Source: Sphaeroforma arctica JP610
Lineage: Eukaryota
NCBI RefSeq assembly: GCF_001186125.1
Contig: NW_014039727.1
Location: forward strand, 1-39,422
DNA: 39,422 bases
Reading direction: 5' to 3'
The number at the start of each line of letters is the position of its first letter. Within the stretch, counting starts at the first letter, position 1. A program made the position numbers and the translations under genes. The notes below the pieces were generated by a model that saw only the letters and a program-made list of their open reading frames with translations, was not told the DNA's origin and did not search any database. This document shows, one piece after another, positions 11,618-22,630 of the stretch.

Positions 11618-12699
11618 TTATAGGGTAATCTTGTTCAGGGCTGCATGCATGTATGGTAGAAATAATAGTGAATTCCGTCAGAAAAAAATTACCAGCAAGA
11701 TGGCCAAAACTAGACAGCCACACTGCAAAATACTATCAATTGTGCAATATTAAAGGAAAGACGGTGTGATATCGAGAATACAAATTTCCTCGTGCACTTC
11801 AACATAACTAAAACAATCTACGATATACGAAAGATCAGTATCATGTAAACCCCAATTGATTGCAAAATAAATATGTTATTCTACATATACAATTGACATA
11901 TAAAACTAGCCACAGTAGCATCCACGCATACCTGGGGGCAGAGAAGACTCCAGCTTTTGTGCTTTATCCTGATCGGTTACAACCAAGGTATATAAGTACT
12001 TGGAGCAGCGGACCTTGAACTTGGTGTTATCCTTGTTCTTCTTGATCTTTATGGAGGAAGCATCCTTGCGACGCACGGTCACGAGGAACTCCTTGATCTC
12101 AGTGATCTGTCTAGGCTGCATGATAACAATAGGTATATGGGTATGTGAGAATCCAATTGAGCGCATGTTCAAAGTCATTCTCGTCTCATCGCACAGGCTG
12201 AAACACTATATCCTACAAAAAGCCGTGTGGTTCAACGCATTGGTGACAGCTAACTGGTTTTATCCATGTTTATCCGTAATATACTGAAGGATGCTGTGTA
12301 TGCTGCTTACATTTTGCGCTTAACTGTATGAAAATACCTGCCGCGGATTATCTATATTACAAAATATCTTCCATAGCTGCACATTTATATTGTCACCCAT
12401 ATTGTCTCCAGACATGGATGTGGTTGTTGTGTCAGTGAGATTCATATTTTGTTGTTTACGCTTCGTTGTTGGATATTATTTTGACCTCTTATCGAATATT
12501 ACGTCCCATGGCTGTCTACGATCCAGTATATTTATGTCTGTCGGTGATGTACTTCACTGCCTCATCCGTCTGTTATGCAGTACCTCCAACGTTACTATGA
12601 ATTTCGCCTTTACAAATAATTTTACTATCACTCCCTCTAGCAAGTATATATCACTTATATCACTCCTACGTACTTCTCACTCATTGTCATACTTACCAT
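11618..12699 (-). CDS. RPL38: 60S ribosomal protein L38 (eL38), 3 coding exons
   Basis: ATG-only exon 12699-12697 (ATG|GTAAGT). Exon 12115-11932 encodes [61 protein letters not shown]. Exon 11640-11618 gives ALNKITL*. An alternative terminal exon at 11548-11532 would give GLIDL*. Confidence 0.95.
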
Positions 12700-12715
12700 C
12701 TTCAAACAGTAACTA

Positions 12716-12731
12716 CAAAGGTGAGAAAGGA
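12716..12731 (-). promoter_or_regulatory. Oligopyrimidine (5'TOP/TCT-like) tract upstream of the RPL38 ATG
   Basis: Minus strand reads CCTTTCTCACCTTTG about 17-30 nt before the ATG, as expected for ribosomal-protein gene starts. The TSS is not known. Confidence 0.35.
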
Positions 12732-13499
12732 TAGCTAGTTTGCGAATATGTTCGAAGTTATACTAAACTGACCCCATTCCCGTGTGCGTGAACTTGCGAG
12801 TTCCAATCAGTGACCCAGGGGAGTAGGTACTACCCAAAAAACGGGACAATTTTGATATTTCTTTATTTTTTTAGAAATAATAGTATAGTTGTCCGCAAAG
12901 TGCACGTGGCGCCATTTTTTGGGAAAAAAGACATATGTAGCCTTACAAAGAGAACAAGAACGTAAATATGCGCAAAGGCCCAGGGAACTTAGGAAGTGTT
13001 TTTTAAATCTCGTAAAAAGTAAATATGTTTTACAGCACCAAAAATAATCGCCAAATACCTTAGTGTATTTCGTTACTACAAACCGATTAGAACCTCACGA
13101 GAGAAAGTGTGAGATTCAATCCAATAGAAAGACGTCTATTATTATTTTTGTGTCCTGTTTTCTTGGAGAAAAGTCAACAGACAGCAGTGTGTAACTGTGT
13201 ATTTATATTTACTGTGAAGTGTGTCGCGGGTCTTTTGACTTGCAACATAAGTTGTGGAATTGTCGCTTTTTAAGACCGTCCAACCTCGCTCTTGTTGTGC
13301 TCTGGGGCTATTATGACAATGAGAGAGGAGTAGAACATATTTACACATATATCCACAAAATAAAATAAAAATATAAGAGTCAAGTGTCCACAGTAGGCTT
13401 CCAATAGTGCGCTGAGTGACGCCAGATTTTAGCCAAGCACACATCATACATACATTGTGAACCTGACTACTAATCGCATATCATATTTGCCGCATTAAA

Positions 13500-14553
13500 A
13501 TGGGAACAAAGAGTAGATCCCGCAGTCCCGCCGGCGACGTTGCCATGATACATCCCTCACGTCGCATGCTAGTCAAGCCAGTACAGCCAATACAACCAGC
13601 CACACGCCGATCACCTACACCCAAACGTCGCTCTCCCTCCCCCAAACGTCGCTCTCCCTCCCCCAAAAAGTCACCACGACGTCGATCTATCTCACCACGA
13701 CGTCGACCCTCTGCCTCGAAAAGTAAAGCCAGATCACGTTCACGCTCACGGTCGGTATCACCAGACACCAAACCAAGAGGGCGAGAATCACGATCACCAT
13801 CCCGAAATAAGAAAAAGAATCACTCCAAGTCAAGATCATGGTCGCGTTCGCGTGACAGTGTAGCCAACGGGTCCAGCACATACAGAAGCAGAAAGCATCA
13901 CGCGCGGTCACATTCACGCTCACGTTCACGATCGCGTACACCCGTTCGTAGTAAAGTGCGTAATGGGTCGCCGACGGCAACGAAACGCGATAGCAGGCGA
14001 TCGAGGAGTCCTGTGCGCGCAGATAGAGGACGCACAGATACGCAAACGGGTGCTAGTAAGGGTAGATTCACTGCAAATGAACGCAGGACCGGGGCTGACG
14101 CAAATAACAGAGGGTTTAGAGGCGCCGAGAGGGGTGGTAGGTTCAATAGCGGCCGGGCAAATGCCAGAGATAACAGAGATCGTCGAGGAGGTGCTGCGGT
14201 GGGAAATAAAGAGGCCTACAGACCGCCTGCTGCTGATACCACTGTAGTGACTAAATTGAAAGACTTGCCTGAAATAGACCGGGAGAAGACTTGTCCATTG
14301 TTGTTACGGTTATTCTGTTGTGTGGGGGAGCATCACAACTTGAAGGAGTATGCAGCTGGTAAAGTGCCAGCGGATGAACTCATGGTACATACGTGGCTAA
14401 ACGCAACGTTTAAGGAACTAACTATGCTGATTAAGGGGGCTATTGACGAGGCAAAACCAAAAGGTAAATGTACGAGAATCAAAGTAGCTAGATATAGTAT
14501 ACTCTTACGTACAAGTATACGATAGATACACATATACACGCGAACATACAGAC

Positions 14554-14600
<47 letters not shown>

Positions 14601-14872
14601 TGTACCCGTACACGTGTGTGTGTGTGTGTTTGTGTGCTGTATGCCTGAAAAGTGTGAATGTATGTATGTTTGTGTGTATTTATATATCTATACCTATATA
14701 TATATTTTTATATGTTTATATATATATATGTGTGTGTGTACACGTGTGTGTGTGCGTATGGGCACGGTGTTTGTGTATGTATATGTATATATATATATGG
14801 GTGTGTGAGTGTGTGGGTGTTTGCGTGTGTGTATGCCTGAAAGGTGTGTATGTTTGTACGTTTGTGTGTACC

Positions 14873-14903
<31 letters not shown>

Positions 14904-15922
14904 AATATGTGTGTATGGGTATAGGTACGGGCACGGTGTTTGTGTATGTATATGTTTATATATATATATATATATACATATACGGATAGATAGTGATATA
15001 TTCCATCACTGCGTAGCGATGTGCGTGTATTAATTCAATCACTTGTGCTCGATTGAAGTATATCTTAAGGAATCGATTGTTTAGAAATGCTGAGCTTGTT
15101 TGTAAGAGGTTATATCTGGGGTATTCATCAGTTGTCGTTGTTTTCCCTTTAATTCGGTGGCGTCGAGATCATCTAAGCTTGTATGTTTCCCCAGCAACTA
15201 TCAATTGCAGCATACCATCGTTGGTTTATCTAATCATCGATCCTACATACGTTCTTTTGGGTCATTTTCGTACCTGCTATAAATTCGCCACATGTGTTTG
15301 GGAGCTATCAACGGGCCTGTGATTTTTTAACGATGCCATCATATTCCGTTCAATATTGTGTAAATAATCGCAAACGCCTGTTTCTATGAAAAATTGAATC
15401 ATGACGAAAAACGTACAAATTATTGAAGTGTATTTTGCGCACATTTTGTGGATAGGTACACGCATGGTGTTCTCCGCCGTCTACCCTACACCCAGTGGAC
15501 AAATGGTGATGAAAGAAATCGGGGAGTTGACCACAGGTCGCAAGGGCGAGCGTGACATGGCTGCACTGGGACAGACACGCTTTAAGATAGGCGACTATCT
15601 GGATGTAAGTCCATGAGCACGTGCGTAGCCATGTATATCACGGGTCTGTGGTTGTAGAGGCGTGCTACACACACATTTATGTATATATATATGTTTATAT
15701 AAATATGTGTGCGTGTATATATATATATAGATAGATAGATAGATAGATATAATTATAGATATAGATATAGATGTAAGGAACTTCTGCGTATTAATTTAGT
15801 CGATATTATAGATATATCACCTGATACTATCCCCTATATTCATCCACCACTACTTACAGGTTGCGATTCACCCGCCGGCAGTGCGAGGACGAGGTGGGGG
15901 TTCCTTGTATGGACGCTATTGA
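13500..15922 (+). CDS. SAP18: SAP18 (Sin3-associated, ASAP/PSAP complex subunit) with a long N-terminal RS and RGG extension, about 391 aa, 3 exons
   Basis: Exons 13500-14463, 15456-15604, 15860-15922, in phase. SAP18 motifs: IDREKTCPLLLRLF, ELMVHTWLNATFKELTMLIK, GTRMVFSAVYP, RFKIGDYLDVAIHPP. The first ~257 aa are RS/SP-rich, then RGG-rich. Confidence 0.92.
14557..14995. repeat. Compound (TA)n/(TG)n microsatellite with an internal higher-order duplication, SAP18 intron 1
   Basis: Non-microsatellite anchors gtatgcctgaaa (about 14639 and 14831) and gggcacggtgtttgtgtatg (about 14760 and 14929) each occur twice. Confidence 0.88.
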
Positions 15923-17261
15923 TCTGCTGACCGGCCTACACGCATTGTAAATGACAGCTAGTGATTCCGTATGCCAAAACGACCAATTGTCAACGAGAGA
16001 AATAAATATGGAGCAAAGCTTCCTTAATTGAACATACGGAGTTTAAAAATGTTTTGGCGGTATCGCAACAGACAGTACGAAAACAATCATTATGCAGAAC
16101 TTAGTAGATAATTGATTCATTTTCAAGTATTGCTCATGGGTTTTAATTGTTATTGTGCATCGGAGGTTTGTAATCGCACTCTTACTCACGCGGGTTACAC
16201 TACGGCGGTCATGTGAAAAAATTCACCGGATGTATCTGTTCGCTTGCAAGTTGATGTATACAACTACACAAGATGTAGTTGTGGTCCTTGAGTACATTCA
16301 CGTAGGATTATTGTTTTTTTTCTCGTCTATTTGCGTTTAGTAAATGCCTCTGAAAGTAGGACTAGTTCGTTTTGTACACCTCTTGTGCACGGCCAGCACC
16401 ACATTGACCATTTTTAAGGCAACAACTGTTTTTTTGTTCTTCGCAAGTTGTTCATTATACTCGAATGACGTATTTCTGTACCTACTAGGATTACCAAGGA
16501 AGACAGAGTTTATCCAAAGCTGTTTTTAAAATAAGAATTCTACATCATATCCGACGGCATAGAATGCCACAGAGAATAGCTTCATGAGGTCGGAGGTCAG
16601 ATCGAGGAAAGAGGAGTACCACTGGACCAGTAAAACATTCGAACAACAAAAAACTAAAAATATAGTAAAATCTAAATTCACGACGTCTAAAATTATTGGA
16701 ATAATTTTTGTATAAAACTAAAAGTAAGACATTATTGTACCCCTATTGATTTTGATTGGCGATCCAAATTAATAAGCCAATCACTACGAAACTGTATATT
16801 TGCGAATGGGTGTTGCCGCGATACTCCAGCTTAAAAAAATATTAGCACCAGTGCATTTGAAGCGCTAAAGTCTGAACCTTTTATCAGAACGATCAGCACA
16901 CTCCAAAGTACCATATAGTCCTGATAAGTAAAATTAAAATAACATCGCGTAAATTGACGAGATATAATTTTTGAAAAGTGTCCTATATACGATTAACAAG
17001 TACTACCTGATGTCACCGTAGGTGCTGAAGCTTGCTGTTTGTCCCTAATTTTCTTTACATATAAAACACGCACATTGCGAGATTGAAGTTTACTTTATGT
17101 TTCATGAGTTGACGAGTAAGGTAAACACAGGCCTGTCGATCGATCGCAAGTACTACTCTACGCGCCAAGTCTCACAAGCATATTCTAGCCTGAAATTATA
17201 CAGTCGCATACCGGTTCATTAATAGAATACATTGATAAATCAACAGTAGCTCTCTCACACC

Positions 17262-20200
17262 ATGTCGTCTAGACCGATTAGGAAACGCGCTGAGACGCAT
17301 CAAGCAAACAAGATCCTGTTGGACTACAATGTAGGCAGAACCATCGGTGAAGGAGGCTTCGCCAAAGTGAAACTTGCACGCCACAAGCATACCGGTGAAG
17401 CGATTGCAATCAAGATAGTCGATAAAACAGCTTTATCTAAGGTGGATGTAGATCGATTGACGCGTGAGGTGGCTGCGTTGCGCACCCTCACACACCAGAA
17501 TATCTGCCAGTTGTACGAGGTTTACGACTGTGGTGACAAGCTTTACATGCTTATGGAGGTATGTTCATGTAGATATCAGTGTGTACTCGAATGAGACTCG
17601 GAAATATTTTGCTCATGATTGCGTACGTATCACATATATACGCGTGTAACCGCCTCATATGTACTGTCGCAAGTACAACTAGACTAAGTTTCACGGCATA
17701 AACATGTATTGCTATCATGTACTTCAAACAACAATGTCCGCAGCATACGTAAATCAAATACAATCACTGCTATCTCACAGATTATATCGAATGTTTGTCG
17801 AATATGACCATCTATTCTTGATTACCTATCTTCTGACCTTGTTGTTTACTCATAGTTGTCAGCTTCCTTGTAAATTCAATTAACAATGGCAGTGCAGTTT
17901 TCGATTGATGGCATGGTGATTGAAGTACTTTATTGTCAAGTCTTCGAAAACAACAACGATCTTTATCTTACCTGCATAATATGCGTCAACTTTGTTGTCT
18001 TGCCATTTATTCGAGCAAAATAATTTTGAATTTATGCTTGTACATATCCGTCTCCCAAAGACAGGACAGTTCAATCATATATATTCAATGCACAAGTTCT
18101 TATAATCTCCTAAAACTTGCACCTTTACAGTACGCGCCGGGCGGCGAGTTATTCGATTACATTGTGCAAAAGCAGCGCCTCAAGGAGCACGAGGCCCGCA
18201 AATTTTTACGAGAGATTGCGGCTGCAGTTGCCTTCTGTCATCAGAACAACTTTGTACACAGAGATCTAAAACCAGAAAATCTTTTGCTAGATGCCAACAA
18301 GAGTGTCAAGCTGGTAAGTGATCTGGTTTGAAGTCATTCGTAAACTATTGCGCAACATAATGTCTTCAATGCTATGCCTGATTTTAAACGATTTCATGCG
18401 CCCGTGGGTTTCTTTCAACGGATTGACACACAAAAAAACGGTATCGATAGTATAATAATATCCGATCACGGTATAGACGAAAAATAATATTGTATGCCAC
18501 TACACTTATCAACGTTTTTTATATCTTGATCGGCGAAGTATTCTGCATATGTACAGGAGGCAAATTTGCAAAACATCATCCTGAATTGCTGCTGTTTCAT
18601 TTAAAGATCTCCAACATAGTGAATTGTATATATACACAAATGCATACATTAATATTCACTGCATTCCGCACAGATCGATTTTGGGCTCGTATCAAACCCT
18701 GTCGAAGGTCACCACGTGATGCTGCAGACATGCTGTGGTTCACCCGCATACGCAGCCCCTGAACTCATCGCCGGCGAAGAGTACGTAGGCGTAAAGGCCG
18801 ATATGTGGTCTCTGGGTGTGCTCATGTACGCTCTGCTGTGTGGATTCCTTCCATTCGATCACGATAACATTACCATCTTGTACGAGATGATTACCAGCGC
18901 AAAGTACGAAGTACCCGATTGGGTGTCTCCCGAAAGCGCTGATCTGATCGCTCAGTTGCTGCGACCAACTCCCAGCGAGCGCTTGAGTATCGAAGACCTA
19001 CTCGCTCATCCCTGGATGAACAAAGGGTACGAAAACGAGCCTAAGCTCACCAGCGCCAGTACAGTGAAGACCGCCCTAGACAGCGATGTGTTGCTGGAGA
19101 TGTCATCGTACATCTGCAAGCCCGTGGATGCCATCACCGAGTATCTGCAGACGAACAAATTCGGGCCTGTGTCCACCCTATATGCACTCTTGAACATCAA
19201 GAAGACCCGCGGCGAATGGCCTCCCATATACCCCGGCGCCAAGAACAAACTCGACACTAGTACAACGTCATCCCCCGCGCCTGTCAAGGCTGCTAGTAGT
19301 AGTGCGTCTAGGCCCACCCACGCGGCAAGTGCGTCTGTGGATAATATAGACATGGCTGGTTCTGCACCTCACCTGTACACACAGGCGAGTGTGGGTAGCA
19401 CGTCTCTACGCAATCCCAGCAACGAAGTCGGTTCGATACCTCTGACCCAGAGCACATGCAAACCGGTACGAAGTCACTCAACAGACGCAGGAGAGTACCT
19501 TCGACACGGTACGGGCGAGACTATTGATATGGCTGGCTTTGAAGCGGCACAGTCTCCCGGACCTACGCCTATGGACACGAGCAACTCTCCGCCCAGCTAC
19601 ACTCACGCACACTCAATGCAGGGGTCCCCAGTCACTACGGGACACTACCAGAAGCACAGTTTGGATAATAAGTACGACTATCTGGCCCAGACTGGGAGCA
19701 ACGGCGCGAGCATGTTTGCGTCGCACTCAGACGATGTATTCAGTACACGTGCCCCCGCAGATCCCATGGAGCTCAGTGAAGAAGACCCGCACTCGCGTAG
19801 GAGCAATGATGACATGTCCACACCTACCAATGCGGGCAAGTTCAGCTTCGATCAGCTTACGTTTACTATTAAGAACGCGCTGGGTGGTGGCAACAAAGCT
19901 GGTAACAACGGTGCCGGTAGCAGCCAAAATAACGGCTCGTCCAATGATCCCACATCGCCCAAGAAGGACCCCATGGCGTAAGTATCTGTGATGATACTCT
20001 TTTGCCTTTTTAGCTGTGCGTGATTCAACTGTGCTTTAGATCTGTGTGGGTGTGCTTGTGAGTGTCGAATGTGTGTTCGATCAGAATGGTAGGATCCGTT
20101 GTATCAACTCATTTACCCCACGGCCTGATCTGGCTTTCCTTGTCTTGTTAGCATCCTTTATGACCGCAAGTGCTGGGCCATAACTAATATTTTTTCAACC

Positions 20201-20782
20201 ACATTGCTCAGATACCTACCTATCTCTGTGAGTGGTATGTTCACCGTGGATTCTACCTCCGGTAAAGCGGCCAAGGATGTTCTGCACGAGATCATCCGTG
20301 TGTTGATTCATAACGAGATTCACTTTGCGCAGAAAGAGCCCTTCCTTCTCGGCTGCAAGAAGCAGGAGGGTGGCAAGTCGATCGTGTGGGATATGGAGGT
20401 GAGTATGTTTTTGTGCTGTGTCTATGCGTAAAAGTTTGCGCTGTATGAAAGTACGTTGAATATATGTCATCGTTTCGGTTCCTTAATGTGGAAATACCAA
20501 TGTTCCTACCTGCAGAAATACTGTCTCCTGCTTCAGTGTGGCGTTACTATTTGATACTAGAGAGACTGTCAATTTGAGTACAGAAAGGAAGTGTCACAAA
20601 ATTTCTCCAATATCTGAATCTCAAAGAGTCAATTCTCACCCGGTCCACCCTTCTTCTCTCCAATGCAGATTTGCCATATCGAGAAACTCAACCTACGAGG
20701 CATCAAGTTCAAACGCACAAAGGGGGAGTTTATGAAGTATAAAGGGCTTGTAGCCACTATACTTGCACAAGCTAATCTGTAA
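17262..20782 (+). CDS. MELK: MELK-like AMPK-related Ser/Thr kinase with UBA-like segment and C-terminal KA1 domain, about 694 aa, 5 exons
   Basis: Exons 17262-17558, 18131-18313, 18674-19977, 20212-20398, 20669-20782, in phase. Motifs: GEGGFAKVKLA, HQNICQLYEV, GGELFDYIV, HRDLKPENLL, IDFGL, LQTCCGSPAYAAPELI, YALLCGFLPFD (MELK-typical). KA1 end: WDMEICHIEKLNLRGIKFKRTKGEFMKYKGLVATIL. Confidence 0.88.
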
Positions 20783-21062
20783 GTCCAGTAGCCGGTACAA
20801 AATTAATCTCTACGTCTAGTAGTCGATACAGTATTAGACAGAGCGACGCGACCACAGCAGTCAAGTAGGGTATGATTGCTGGTAGTTTGGAGAATAAGGG
20901 TTCGAAGAGCGCCCACTCTACCAGCTTATTCCGAGCATTTAGGTATCACTGTAGTAGTGACGGTATTCAAGCATGCTTTGTGTGGAGCATTTGAACACGC
21001 TTTTTGGAGTTTACATGTATACCAAACATTGTGTCAAGAACAGTCAGACTCAAAGACTGTTT

Positions 21063-21268
21063 GGCGTGGATGGCTATGCATAGTAACAACGACCGGCTAC
21101 TTGTAGTAGCGTGTCCGCGAGATGATCCTCACATTTTAGAAATAAGGGACACCAAATAGCTACACCGGCGTGGATGGTTATGCAGACTGATAACGACAGG
21201 TTACTAACAGTAACGTGTCTGCGAGACAATCCTCATAATTAGAGATAGAGACAGCAACGAGCTACAGT
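21063..21268. repeat. Degenerate two-copy 104-bp tandem duplication downstream of the MELK stop
   Basis: ggcgtggatgg(c/t)tatgca...aacgac...gtgtc.gcgaga..atcctca...tttaga...agctaca starts at 21063 and 21167. Confidence 0.85.
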
Positions 21269-21899
21269 AATCCATACTAGCGGGTCGCCCCACCCAGGAC
21301 GACATGGCAAGTGCGCGTAGAGTGTCTGTATGACGATGTTGTACAGTTCCCTATCCCTATAGTGTAGTATAATGTTGGTCTGCGAATTGAAGTAGTCTTA
21401 TCGACAGTATGTGTTCGACACACGTACGATCCCCCACTTTGACGGGAAACCCTTCTTTGGTAAATAGTTAACGTTCTCTTAAGGACGTCACGCGACAGTT
21501 TTAGTGGGATAATATGGGCCGGGGTCAGTCGTCAGTGCGCCGCACACTCCTGTGTGAGGGTTCAAGTGCTGACCTTGCACTTGCAGTGCTAGTGTTGCAC
21601 AGCATTTGATTGTTGGTCTCTTGCGTTTACGCCCATCCATCTTGTTTGATGACAAGAGTTTTCTAATAAAGAACAATGCGGAAAGTTTGGTTGTAGCAGC
21701 CACATATCGCTGTTATTCGAATTGTACCAGCAGGCTATATATTGGGAAGCAGCTCTGTATTCAATGCTGTGAGCCTACCGCGGCAACTGTAGTGGTAGAC
21801 ATATCTTGGAACAGTTGTAGGGGTGGTTAAGTCTCCGATTCTATTAGGTTCCAAAAGAAAGAGCTATGTATTGAATGCTTTGTTCCCTAGAATCTAAGC

Positions 21900-21969
21900 G
21901 AATTTAGCTGGCAGTGTCAAACTATCATTGAATGCCTTGTTCCATAGTTTGAAACTGCCAGCTAATTTC
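21900..21969. other. Near-perfect inverted repeat/hairpin (26-bp stem with 2 mismatches, 18-nt loop)
   Basis: 5' arm gaatttagctggcagtgtcaaactat (21900-21925) pairs with 3' arm atagtttgaaactgccagctaatttc (21944-21969). Confidence 0.85.
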
Positions 21970-22308
21970 TCTCCGATTACAATTATGGCAGTTAAATTCG
22001 CTCTAATTCCAATTTATTGAGGATTGCTTACAAATTACGGTTGCTGTTCGGTGTAAATATACAATATACAAGCTTCGATATAATACCTTTAATATATTTC
22101 ATTTTGACTTTGTTTTAGGTTTCTTGACCTACTACCTATTACTTATTGTATTAGCTTAATCTATTACCTATTTCCTATTTTGATTAGCTTTATTTACTAC
22201 CTTTAACCAATTTGAACAATACCGGTTATTGTATGGTACTGTATTTGATGGTGGTAACAAATGAACAGTTTTTTCTCGTTCTGTAACGACTTAGGGTTAG
22301 ATATAGTC

Positions 22309-22348
22309 TATGTGACCGTCTTGGAACGGTTTATGTGACCGTCTTGGA
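22309..22348. repeat. Short direct repeat (tatgtgaccgtcttgga x2, 23-bp period)
   Basis: Directly visible. Confidence 0.8.
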
Positions 22349-22630
22349 GAACTCTACACCGCCTTCCAGCCGCCAATCCCATGTACTGCCGGTGCATAGA
22401 ATATCATTCTCCCACTAATCTAAGAACTTGGATACACTGGACGTTACAGGTACAGTGTCATATTACAACCCCAACTTGGCGCTATTGACTGATATTGATG
22501 TCATCGACACGCTTGATAAGCATGATAGAGATCGCATTCAATACTGAAGCAGCAGAATGTCGCAAACACGCCGATTCTTCAGCATACCGATGCAGATAAA
22601 ACTAATATCATAATACTTCCGAACCCACGA

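Noticed and set aside
12305..12312. Alternative RPL38 start exon (AT|GTAAGC)
   Set aside because: Phase is incompatible with the exon-2 acceptor, whereas ATG|GTAAGT at 12699 fits.
12116..12696. Intronic snoRNA in RPL38 intron 1
   Set aside because: Only a weak G-U-rich stem before an ACA (about 12320-12375). No clear H box with a two-hairpin layout and no C/D boxes; needs an Infernal/snoReport search.
21520..21576. tRNA-like element (ggtcag...GGTTCAAGT...ctgacc)
   Set aside because: No paired T-stem, D-arm or proper anticodon arm; too short for a cloverleaf.
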